Source of the DNA: Faecalibacterium sp. CAG:1138
Lineage (GTDB): Bacteria > Bacillota > Clostridia > Christensenellales > CAG-917
Direction of reading: 5' to 3'
Assembly (NCBI GenBank): GCA_000434675.1
Contig: HF988640.1
Location: 29,937 to 93,936, forward strand
Length of the DNA stretch: 64,000 bases
Positions 27,665 to 35,487 of the stretch are shown one piece after another. The position numbers and the translations under genes are program-made. A model generated the notes under the pieces. That model did no database searches and was not told the DNA's origin. It saw only the letters and a list, made by a program, of their open reading frames with translations. Each line of letters begins with the position of its first letter. The first letter of the stretch is position 1.

Positions 27665-28015
27665 ATGGACAACAACAAAATAGCAACGATAATGGCGCAG
27701 GTTAGAGAGTATATTCCGGAAGAAAAGAAAATGGAATTGCAGCAAAGACTATCCGTTATGCCGGACGAAGCGGGAATGGTGATTTCCGGAGTGAACTTCA
27801 AATCGTCAACCACAACCTTGATATTGTCTATATTTTTAGGAGATCTGGGCATCGACAGGTTTTACGTCGGGGATATAGGTCTTGGGGTGTTGAAACTTTT
27901 GACCGTGGGACTTTTTGGTGTTTGGGGCTTTATAGATATTTTTCTTTGTTACAAAAAGGCAAAGAAAAAGAATTATAAAGCCATATTGGAATGTTTGAAT
28001 TCGTTTAATAATTAA
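27665..28015 (+). CDS. TM2-domain membrane protein
   Basis: 116 aa. 'LSIFLGDLGIDRFYVGDIGLGVLKLLT..G.FG.W..ID' is the TM2 signature. RBS GGGAGG. AT-rich gene. Confidence 0.8.
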   Translation: MDNNKIATIMAQVREYIPEEKKMELQQRLSVMPDEAGMVISGVNFKSSTTTLILSIFLGDLGIDRFYVGDIGLGVLKLLTVGLFGVWGFIDIFLCYKKAKKKNYKAILECLNSFNN

Positions 28016-28025
28016 AAACGGAAAA

Positions 28026-28048
28026 GAGCGGCATTTGCCGCTCTTTTT
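28026..28048 (+). terminator. Terminator of the TM2 gene
   Basis: GAGCGGC-ATTT-GCCGCTC followed by T5. Confidence 0.75.
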
Positions 28049-28052
28049 CAAT

Positions 28053-28079
28053 TAAAAAGCCACCGAGAAATCGGTGGCT
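28053..28079 (-). terminator. Terminator of the 1327-aa lipoprotein gene
   Basis: AGCCACCGA-GAAA-TCGGTGGCT, followed by a T-run on the minus strand. Confidence 0.7.
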
Positions 28080-28098
28080 TTCGTAGGTTTTTGAAAGA

Positions 28099-31000
28099 TT
28101 AGTCTTTCATGTTCTTGTACTTATCCTCACGCTTCTTCAAGCTGTCAGGCGATTGAGCTCTGCGAGCGTCATAGCTTGGCATGTTCTTCAAAGCTTTGCG
28201 TTTAGGGATAACTTTCTTGACCAAATAAACTATCACTGCCGCAATGATGAGCGCGCCGATGACTGCGGAGCTGATCCAGAGCCATCCGAGGTTGTTTTTG
28301 GTTTTGTCTTTATCTTTGCTGTCGCTGCCCTTATCGATGGTCTTGGAATCGGTGAGGGTGTCTTTGAGGACGTGAGCCGCTTCGTTGGTGGTTGCTGCGT
28401 TGTATTCGGAAGCTTCGATCTTCTGAATGTCGATGTTGTCGAACATTGCAAAGCCGGAGAAGTAGTCGTAGGTTACGTTGCTGCTGTTGGCAGGAGTGAA
28501 CACTCTGCCGAAGCCGACTTTGACGGTTACGCTTGCGTCGGAAGAAGAAGTCTTCAGATAGAAGGTGCCGCCCGTCCATTCGGAAGCGGAGATCTTGATA
28601 ACATAGTCGCCTACGCCTGCGGTGGTGTCGTTAATCTGCACGTAGAGGTAAGCGTTTTCGGACGCTTCCAGAAGTTTTGCGGAGAAGGACACTTTGTAGT
28701 AGCTGTTCTTGCTGAAGGTGAACTTGGAGGAAGTGAAGCTGTAAGCGGTTGCGTCCTCGTTGTTAATGAGGAGGTAGCTGTTAGGTTCGCTTTCCACAAA
28801 TTGCGCTTTGTAAGCAGCTCTCTTGGCGTATTGCGCGGCAAGCTGATCTGCCAGAGAAACGTTGTTGTCTTTTGCAAGTTTTTCGATGACTTCGTTTTTA
28901 TAACGACCGTCTTCGAAGTCGCCTTCTTTCCAGATGCGCCAGGTTTCGCCGTCCTGATAAAAGTATTCTACGTTTTCTTCAGGTTCACCGTCGAGCTTGG
29001 TGAAGCCGTCCAGAGCAACCAGCCTGTCGAGGAAGCTGTCGGCGTTGTTGCCGATCAAAACGCCCGCGGTGGTGTTGGTGGAAGGTTTTTCTTCGGTTTC
29101 TTTGTAGTCGGAGCTGCCGGTCCAACCGTCAGGTTTGCCGAGGCCGCTGGATTCGACGGAAGAAGAAGCAAAGTTTTCGAAGCTGTCGGAAGTGAAGCTG
29201 CAAACTTTGAGTTCGCCGTTGTCGGTCAGTTCGTTATAAGCTTTCTTGTCGATGGTGACGAGGGAAGCTTGATCGAAGAACGCGACGCCTCCCTTGAGGA
29301 GCGAATATGCGGTGCCTTCGTCAGGCTTGCTGAGGCCGGAATAGGAATCCTTGGTTCCGAGGAACAGGCCGAGTTTGACGGATTTTGCGGAGATACCGGT
29401 CTTGGCAGCGAAGGTGTAGCGAGTCCAACCTTGATTGTCGGTGCCACTCTTGATGCCTTCGAATTTAGCGAGAACCGCGTTGTCGGTGTCGTACAGATAG
29501 AGGCTTGCAGTGCTGTCGCCCACGGTTTTGACGAGGACGGAGATGAGGTAGTAGCCTTCTGCGGACAGCGAGAACGAGCTGGAAGAGGTGTAACCCACGG
29601 ATGCAGGTTGACCGTTCTTGTCTGCGTCGGAGGTTTTGACGTCGCCGGAAGCGAGCATCAGAACGTTGTCGCCGCCGAAGTACGAAAGCATGTCAAGGGT
29701 AACGCCGGAAGCGTTAGGGTTGATGAACATATTTTCGCCGAACAAGCCTTCGTAGAGAAGGGTGCCGTCGGCGTAGTCGGCAACGATGTTCTGAACGAGA
29801 GTTTTGTTGTTGACGTCAACGATGCCGGCCAGCTGTTTGCCGTTGCCGTTCTTGTTGACGAGCGTCCAGTTTGCAGGGGTGCCGAAGTTTTCGGAAAGTT
29901 TGCCGTCAACCATACCGCCGGTGGCAAGACCTTCGACCTTTTCGTAGTCGAGGTTGTTGAATCCGCCGTTGGAGACGGTGTCGGAGGTGGTGGTTACGAA
30001 GGAAACCTTTTTGCGGAAGTTGGAAGTGGAAGCGGAGTAATCCTTGTAGTCGCTGTCAACGAGGGTTACGTTGGAAACGAACACGTTGCCTGCCGCAAGG
30101 GTATCAGGAGTGTAAACGCTGCCGCTGCCGAGTTCGAATTGCAGGTAAACGGTTTCTTCTTCGCTGCCGGTCTGAATGAGGAACGCGACTTCCTGCCAAC
30201 CGTCGATTGCGCCGGAAGTGATGTCGTCGCTGTCTATGCCGCTGGAGGTTGCGAGAACGGAATCGTCCTCGGCGTTCATAAGCTTAACGGTAACGGAAGC
30301 GTCGCCGAAGTTCTGAGTTTTAACCCATGCGCCGATACGGTAATAGTCGTTTGCGGCCAAAACCATTTTTGCGTCGGCAAACTTGAACTTGTATATACAA
30401 GGAGAAGACGGGAGAACGGCAAACAATCTGTTGCTGTTTGCAACCTTGGTGTTGACGTACGGAAGAGCAGGAACGGTTACGCTTTCAGCGTAAGCTTCCA
30501 CGGTACCGTCCAAAAGGGTGATGTTTTTGTCGGAAGAGGACAGGTCGATAACGCCGGCCTTGACGCCGGAAACATCGGTTCCGCCAATGAGGTCGCTGTC
30601 TTCGTCGGTGATGACGGAGATGCCCTTAACAGGGTTGCTGTCGTTGAAGTAGCCGTTTTCGAGGGTGCTGTTTTCGTCGATACGGAGGTTGACGATTTTG
30701 CTTACGCCCGCTTCGTCGACGAATTCGTCTTCACTCGCAACCTTTTTGTAGGTAAGGCCATCGAAGAACGCCCAGCCCTTGCTGAAGGTTGCAGGTTTAA
30801 CGCCGTCTTCCGCTTTGCCGGTGCCGAAATGGAATTCGAAATCCAAAGAGTTGTTGCCGTTTTTGCTGGCAATAACGTAGAAGGTGCAGAGCTGCCATTC
30901 GCCGTTAGTATTGATGCCGTCGAGCACGTATTCGGTTTTGCCGTCAACGAGCTTGAGAGCCGCGGTGCAGTTTGCCGCAGGATCGGAGGAGATGTTGGTC

Positions 31001-32082
31001 TTCACCCAAACGGAAACCTCGTAAAGTCCGCACTGAGCGAAGTTTACGGTTGAAGTGGAGCGCATGCCGATGGCGGAAAGCTCGCTGTTGTAAAGCATAT
31101 AAACGTGAGAGCCGACCGTGCCGTCAGGAACGCCCGGGTTCACGACGCCTTCGCCGTAGCCGCCTTTTGCGGCTTCGAAAACTTCGGAGGAGGTATCAAC
31201 TCTTCTGTAAAGGTTGTTGCCGTTGCCGGTGTTGGTGGAAGTGTACATTGCAGGAGTGTTCGCGCCGCCCTTGGATTGGAAGGTGACGTAATCGAACTCA
31301 GGGTTAGGAACTGCAAGGTCCAAAGTTTTGTCGGTAGTGACGGCGGCGTCTTTTTCGGAAACGTCTTCAAGGTAAACGTTGTCGAAGAAAGCCCAGCCCG
31401 ACGCAGGTGCTTTTTCGTTGTAGCCCAAGGTGAGGTAAACGGAAAGGCTCTTGGAAGCGGTCGGATTGCCGATGATGCGGATGGTGTAATCTTTCCATTC
31501 GCCGTTGGTGTTGATGTCGGTGATTTCCATATAGCCCGCGCCGGAGTTATAAATATAAATCTTGGCGCCGCCCGTCTGGCTGGTGATGTCGGTTTTGACG
31601 GAAACGTGAAGCACGTATTCCTTACCCGCCGAAACGGAAAGGCCGCTTGCGCAGTAATAACCCGCGTAGCCTGCTTCGCTGTTGTAAACCATCAGCACGT
31701 TGTTGTCTGCGTCAAGGTTCTCGGTGAGCGAGGACTTTTGTTTTCCAGGGTTTGCCGCGGAAAGCCACAAGCCGTCTTTGCTTGCGAGTTTTTCGCCGTA
31801 TTTTTCCCACTTGGAAACGTCAACGACGCCCTTCACGGAAGAAGAGGTGCCCGTAACGGAGGTCCAGTTGGTCGGGCTTCCCGGTTGAGGAACGCCGGCG
31901 CTGTCGTTTGCAACGTCGGAAAAAGCCGCAAAGTTACCGTTTTTGACGGTGAGGCTTACGGTTTTGGTGTCGCCTTTGTCCGGAGTAGGATCCGGATCGT
32001 CGCCGCAAGCGGCAAGCGCAACAAGCGAAACCGAGAGAACTACAACTAATAAAAGAGTTAAAAATCTTTTAGCGTTTTTCAT
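28099..32082 (-). CDS. Giant lipoprotein with five CBM4/9/22-like jelly-roll repeats and a C-terminal TM anchor
   Basis: Lipobox 'LVALAACGDD'. Five ~230-aa units each contain '..Y(Y/E)(L/V).V.VKT..', 'GEW/GW..(Y/C/V)(T/A)F' and a terminal 'GWAFFDNV/GWAFFDGL/GNVFVSNV/GVAFFDQA/GFAMFDNI'. C-terminal 'LWISSAVIGALIIAAVIVYLVKKVIPKRK'. Confidence 0.8.
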   Translation of the reverse strand: MKNAKRFLTLLLVVVLSVSLVALAACGDDPDPTPDKGDTKTVSLTVKNGNFAAFSDVANDSAGVPQPGSPTNWTSVTGTSSSVKGVVDVSKWEKYGEKLASKDGLWLSAANPGKQKSSLTENLDADNNVLMVYNSEAGYAGYYCASGLSVSAGKEYVLHVSVKTDITSQTGGAKIYIYNSGAGYMEITDINTNGEWKDYTIRIIGNPTASKSLSVYLTLGYNEKAPASGWAFFDNVYLEDVSEKDAAVTTDKTLDLAVPNPEFDYVTFQSKGGANTPAMYTSTNTGNGNNLYRRVDTSSEVFEAAKGGYGEGVVNPGVPDGTVGSHVYMLYNSELSAIGMRSTSTVNFAQCGLYEVSVWVKTNISSDPAANCTAALKLVDGKTEYVLDGINTNGEWQLCTFYVIASKNGNNSLDFEFHFGTGKAEDGVKPATFSKGWAFFDGLTYKKVASEDEFVDEAGVSKIVNLRIDENSTLENGYFNDSNPVKGISVITDEDSDLIGGTDVSGVKAGVIDLSSSDKNITLLDGTVEAYAESVTVPALPYVNTKVANSNRLFAVLPSSPCIYKFKFADAKMVLAANDYYRIGAWVKTQNFGDASVTVKLMNAEDDSVLATSSGIDSDDITSGAIDGWQEVAFLIQTGSEEETVYLQFELGSGSVYTPDTLAAGNVFVSNVTLVDSDYKDYSASTSNFRKKVSFVTTTSDTVSNGGFNNLDYEKVEGLATGGMVDGKLSENFGTPANWTLVNKNGNGKQLAGIVDVNNKTLVQNIVADYADGTLLYEGLFGENMFINPNASGVTLDMLSYFGGDNVLMLASGDVKTSDADKNGQPASVGYTSSSSFSLSAEGYYLISVLVKTVGDSTASLYLYDTDNAVLAKFEGIKSGTDNQGWTRYTFAAKTGISAKSVKLGLFLGTKDSYSGLSKPDEGTAYSLLKGGVAFFDQASLVTIDKKAYNELTDNGELKVCSFTSDSFENFASSSVESSGLGKPDGWTGSSDYKETEEKPSTNTTAGVLIGNNADSFLDRLVALDGFTKLDGEPEENVEYFYQDGETWRIWKEGDFEDGRYKNEVIEKLAKDNNVSLADQLAAQYAKRAAYKAQFVESEPNSYLLINNEDATAYSFTSSKFTFSKNSYYKVSFSAKLLEASENAYLYVQINDTTAGVGDYVIKISASEWTGGTFYLKTSSSDASVTVKVGFGRVFTPANSSNVTYDYFSGFAMFDNIDIQKIEASEYNAATTNEAAHVLKDTLTDSKTIDKGSDSKDKDKTKNNLGWLWISSAVIGALIIAAVIVYLVKKVIPKRKALKNMPSYDARRAQSPDSLKKREDKYKNMKD

Positions 32083-32280
32083 TTTGTCTCCTATTTTTGC
32101 GATAATTCATTATTGTTATCTTAAATGTAAAATGAAATACTTAATTTTAACTTAAATCAAAATAGTATTCCATAATAACTCAAACAATTATATAACAAAA
32201 AAACTCGTTTGGCAAACGAATTTCGCCATATATATCCAAACGCTTCAAATAAAAACGGGTTTTTAACAGACAATAGCCTT

Positions 32281-32676
32281 ATGCGAGCAAAGTTTCAAAG
32301 ACCGCCCGTAAAGAAAACGGCGGCAAAAATTACGGCTGCGCTTTTTGGCGGTGCGGCGTGCGGCTTCTGCAACGGATTTTTCGGCGGCGGGGGAGGGCTT
32401 CTTGCTGTACCGATTCTTCTTTGGTGCTTTTCGCTGGGCGAAAAAAAAGCGCACGCAACGGCCATTGCGGTTATGCTGCCGCTGACCGTGGTGAGCCTCG
32501 TTACCTACCATAATTCCGGCGCGGCCTTGCCCGAAAACGCCGCTTTGGTTATCGTTTCGGCGACCGTCGGGGGAATAGTCGGCGCGGCGCTATTAAAGAA
32601 GCTTCCCGCCAAAATTTTGAAGCTGATTTTCGGCGCGATCATGGTTTTTGCGGGACTTAAAATGTTTTTCGGATAA
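32281..32676 (+). CDS. Half-size TauE/SafE (DUF81) family membrane protein
   Basis: About 131 aa from ATG 32281, 4 TM. 'GFFGGGGGLLAVPILL' motif. Confidence 0.7.
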   Translation: MRAKFQRPPVKKTAAKITAALFGGAACGFCNGFFGGGGGLLAVPILLWCFSLGEKKAHATAIAVMLPLTVVSLVTYHNSGAALPENAALVIVSATVGGIVGAALLKKLPAKILKLIFGAIMVFAGLKMFFG

Positions 32677-32725
32677 AACCGAAAACATTGTTTATATATA
32701 CTAAAAACGAGGATAAAAATTCGAT

Positions 32726-33079
32726 ATGGTTGTTTTATATATAATCGTCGGTATTCTGGGCGGAATGCTCGGCGGCATGGGAATGGGAGGCGGAACGCTG
32801 CTTGTTCCGATGTCCGTGTACCTGCTTTCGATGGAGCAAAAAACGGCGCAGTTTCTGAACCTTGCGGCGTTTTTGCCGATGGGCGCGGTGGCGCTTTCCT
32901 GCCATGCGGCAAACGGACTTACGGACTTCAAAAAGGCCGCCGCGTTGACGCTTTCGGGGATTGCGGCGGCAATACTCGGCAGCGCGCTTCAGAAGTCGAT
33001 TTCCGCCGACAATCTGACCAAATGCTTCGGCCTGTTTCTGGCGGCCATAGGCGCGCTTACGATTTTTCAAAAGAAATAA
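32726..33079 (+). CDS. Half-size TauE/SafE (DUF81) family membrane protein
   Basis: 117 aa, 4 TM. 'GMLGGMGMGGGTLLVPM' motif. Own RBS GAGGA, 49 nt after the preceding half. Confidence 0.7.
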   Translation: MVVLYIIVGILGGMLGGMGMGGGTLLVPMSVYLLSMEQKTAQFLNLAAFLPMGAVALSCHAANGLTDFKKAAALTLSGIAAAILGSALQKSISADNLTKCFGLFLAAIGALTIFQKK

Positions 33080-33145
33080 CGCCGTTGTCTTGCAATATGC
33101 CCGCGGCGGTGCTATAATTGAAACATCACCGAAAAGGGGGCAGTT

Positions 33146-33670
33146 ATGCTTGTTTTTATAAAGAAAAATTATAACAAAGAATATCGCAGAGAGTTCGTTG
33201 AGGAGTGTTTCGGCAGATACTTAAAGTTCTGCGGCGAAAAAGCGTCCGAGCTTCCCGGCGAAGCGAAGGGCAAAAACGACAAACCGTATTTCCCGTCCCG
33301 TCCGGACGTTCGTTTCAGCTTGTCGCACAGCGACAATTACGCCATTTTGGCCATGGGCGAAACGGAAATCGGCTGCGACATCGAAAAAATAAGGGACATC
33401 AACTATAAGCCGATTGCGAACCGCTGGTTTTTCGGCGGAGAAATCGAGGCCGCCGACAGCGTGGAAAACTATTTTTCCGTTTGGACTAAAAAGGAAGCCT
33501 ACCTGAAGCTTACTGCCGACGGACTTTCGGGCATCAGAAAGTTCGATGTAACGGGGCCGCTGGAATTTGAAGGCAAACCCGTGGTGCTGACCTCCGTCGA
33601 CTTTATCCCGGGCTTTAAGGGAGCCATTGCCGCCGAAGCGCAGGAAATCGTTTTCGAGGACGTTGACTAA
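33146..33670 (+). CDS. Sfp-type 4'-phosphopantetheinyl transferase (short form)
   Basis: 'FSLSHSDNYAILA', 'IGCDIEKI' and 'FSVWTKKEAYLKLTADGL' are the PPTase core motifs. Only 174 aa. Confidence 0.8.
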   Translation: MLVFIKKNYNKEYRREFVEECFGRYLKFCGEKASELPGEAKGKNDKPYFPSRPDVRFSLSHSDNYAILAMGETEIGCDIEKIRDINYKPIANRWFFGGEIEAADSVENYFSVWTKKEAYLKLTADGLSGIRKFDVTGPLEFEGKPVVLTSVDFIPGFKGAIAAEAQEIVFEDVD

Positions 33671-33733
33671 ATAAGTTGACAGACAGGCGCGTTTTGTGTA
33701 GAATTAAAGATAGTTTTTGGGGAGGTAAACGAA

Positions 33734-33961
33734 ATGGTATTCGAAAAACTTAGAGATATGCTTTCCGAGCAGCTCGGACTGGACAAGGCGAGAATCACGC
33801 CCGAATCCGACATCGTGAAGGACCTCGGCGCAGATTCTTTGGAAATCGTCGGCATGCTTATGGACGTCGAAAACGAATGGAACATCACCATCGAGGACGA
33901 CGACGTTCACGGTTTCAAAACCGTCGGCGACGTGGCAAAATACATCGAAAAAGCAATTTAG
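33734..33961 (+). CDS. Acyl carrier protein
   Basis: 75 aa with 'DLGADSLEIVGMLMDVE', the phosphopantetheine-attachment DSL motif. Confidence 0.9.
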   Translation: MVFEKLRDMLSEQLGLDKARITPESDIVKDLGADSLEIVGMLMDVENEWNITIEDDDVHGFKTVGDVAKYIEKAI

Positions 33962-33978
33962 TCGAAAAACGACAAAAA

Positions 33979-34002
33979 ACCGAGCACGCCGCTCGGTTTT
34001 TT
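33979..34002 (+). terminator. Terminator after the ACP gene
   Basis: ACCGAGC-loop-GCTCGGT followed by T6. Confidence 0.75.
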
Positions 34003-34119
34003 CGTAATCTGTTGACTTTTATGACGATTATGTGTTATGATATAAAATGTATAGATATATAGGCCGACGGCCTGTTTGGAAAAACAACGCATATCATAAT
34101 ATGGTAGAGGTGCGCAATT

Positions 34120-35103
34120 ATGAAAAAAATCACGACAATTCTTCTTTTATTGACGTTGGCGTTCGGGGTTATGGCTTTTGCCGCATGCGGAGATAAGCCG
34201 ACCGAAAGCGGTTCCGTCAGCACGGGCGCTCTGGGCGACGGCGCGGACACCGACGAGGATATCGACGTTCCCGCTTCTGCAGAAAACGATCCGGACGCGG
34301 CCGACGTCAAATATTTCAAATTCGAGCTTTACGGCAATTCGATGTCGAAGGGCTATATGATCACGGGCTGGAGCGACGTAACCGACGCTCGTCCTACCGA
34401 AATCATTTTCCCGACGGCCTACAACAAGCTGCCGGTAGTCGGCATCGCGCAAGGCGCGTTCAGAAACGACAAAACCATCACCAAAATCACTTTGGGCGAC
34501 AGCTTCAGGCTGATCAAAAAGCGCGCGTTCTGCGGTTGCGAAAACATCGGAAGCGTCAATCTTTCGGCCAAAATCACCAAAATCGCCGCCAGCGCGTTCA
34601 GAGATTGCAAAAAACTGACGTCCGTGGCCGTGCCGGAGAAAATCACCAGACTTTACGGCAGCACTTTTTCTGGTTGCGAATCGCTTGTCAGCGTTACGCT
34701 GCCGGAGAAGCTCGTTTATCTGGGAGTAAAGGTGTTCGAAGGCTGCAAAGCCTTAAAATCGGTGGAGATTCCGAAATCCGTAACGGAAATCGGCACCGCT
34801 TGCTTTATGAATTCGGGCGTTGAAAAAATTTCTCTTTCGCTCACCGGCATAAAAGCAATTCCGGTGGACTGCTTCTCGGGTTGCAAAAATCTGACTTCGG
34901 TTGCCGCAAGCAAGGTGACGAAAGTCGGCCTCGGCGCGTTTTACGGCTGCGAAAAGCTTAAATCCGTAACCGTGTCGTCAAACTGCGAATTCGGCATGTT
35001 GTCGCTGACCTTCAAAGGTTGCCCGGAGGACGTGAAAGTGAACAACAAACCGCTTTCGGACATTGAAATCATAACACCTCCGTCCGAAGATACGGGTGCG
35101 TAG
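34120..35103 (+). CDS. Lipoprotein with BspA-type leucine-rich repeats
   Basis: Lipobox 'MAFAACGD'. About 23-aa repeats of the form 'I..IG..AF..C..L.SV.(L/I)P' (LRR_5-like). Confidence 0.8.
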   Translation: MKKITTILLLLTLAFGVMAFAACGDKPTESGSVSTGALGDGADTDEDIDVPASAENDPDAADVKYFKFELYGNSMSKGYMITGWSDVTDARPTEIIFPTAYNKLPVVGIAQGAFRNDKTITKITLGDSFRLIKKRAFCGCENIGSVNLSAKITKIAASAFRDCKKLTSVAVPEKITRLYGSTFSGCESLVSVTLPEKLVYLGVKVFEGCKALKSVEIPKSVTEIGTACFMNSGVEKISLSLTGIKAIPVDCFSGCKNLTSVAASKVTKVGLGAFYGCEKLKSVTVSSNCEFGMLSLTFKGCPEDVKVNNKPLSDIEIITPPSEDTGA

Positions 35104-35164
35104 AAACAAAACCACGCAGAGGCTTTTGCCTCTGCGTTTTTTGACGGTTATTTTCAAAAAATCG

Positions 35165-35193
35165 TTGACTTTGCTTAAATTGTAGGGTATAAT
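35165..35193 (+). promoter_or_regulatory. Near-consensus sigma-A promoter driving the c-di-GMP riboswitch
   Basis: TTGACT (35165-35170), 17-nt spacer, TATAAT (35188-35193). Confidence 0.75.
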
Positions 35194-35199
35194 CAAATT

Positions 35200-35290
35200 G
35201 TAAATATCAGCAAACCCGTCGAAAGGCGGCGACGCAAAGCCATAGGGTCTAAGCCGAAAGGTATGACAGCCGGTTGCCGTTTTCTGACGT
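35200..35290 (+). promoter_or_regulatory. c-di-GMP-I (GEMM-I) riboswitch aptamer
   Basis: GCAAACCCGUCGAAAGGCGGCGACGCAAAGCCAUAGGGUCUAAGCCGAAAGGUAUGACAGCCGGUUGCCG has the conserved blocks in the same order as the Vc2-type aptamer (GCAAAC, CGAAAG, GACGCAAAGCC, GG.CUAA, CAGC.GG.U.CCG). Confidence 0.85.
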
Positions 35291-35302
35291 AAACAGATGG
35301 AG

Positions 35303-35340
35303 TTCTGTCGGCGGAGGTTCGGCAGGATTTTTGTTTTGTT
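35303..35340 (+). terminator. Intrinsic terminator (riboswitch expression platform)
   Basis: 8-bp stem TTCTGTCG/CGGCAGGA (two G-U pairs), 9-nt loop, then TTTTTGTTTTGTT. Confidence 0.65.
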
Positions 35341-35423
35341 AAGTGTTTTATTTTTATATGACCGAATCAATCCTCAACGGTTCGGTCCCGAAAGGACCCC
35401 TCTGCGACCTTTAACAAGGCCGT

Positions 35424-35459
35424 AAAAAGCGACAGCATTTGCTGTCGCTTTCCTTTTTT
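35424..35459. terminator. Bidirectional terminator (end of pepT / end of riboswitch read-through RNA)
   Basis: GCGACAGC-ATTT-GCTGTCGC with an A5 run upstream and TTTCCTTTTTT downstream. Confidence 0.75.
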
Positions 35460-35487
35460 CAATATCGGGAGTTTCCCCAAAGGGGAA

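Noticed and set aside
28153-31053. 966-aa ORF on the + strand, the longest in the region after the real gene.
   Set aside because: It is codon-for-codon antisense to the 1327-aa lipoprotein gene (28153 minus 28099 is a multiple of 3). It stays open only because the sense gene uses no TTA, CTA or TCA codons over that span. The translation is low-complexity (G/V/A/F-rich), with no signal, RBS or domain logic, whereas the minus-strand product has a lipobox, repeats and an anchor. The same codon-bias mirror effect explains the other long antisense ORFs.
35358-35414. 18-codon ORF (MTESILNGSVPKGPLCDL) downstream of the c-di-GMP riboswitch, considered as the regulated gene.
   Set aside because: It has no Shine-Dalgarno sequence, and the region is dominated by stable hairpins. 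It is kept only as a note inside the riboswitch finding.
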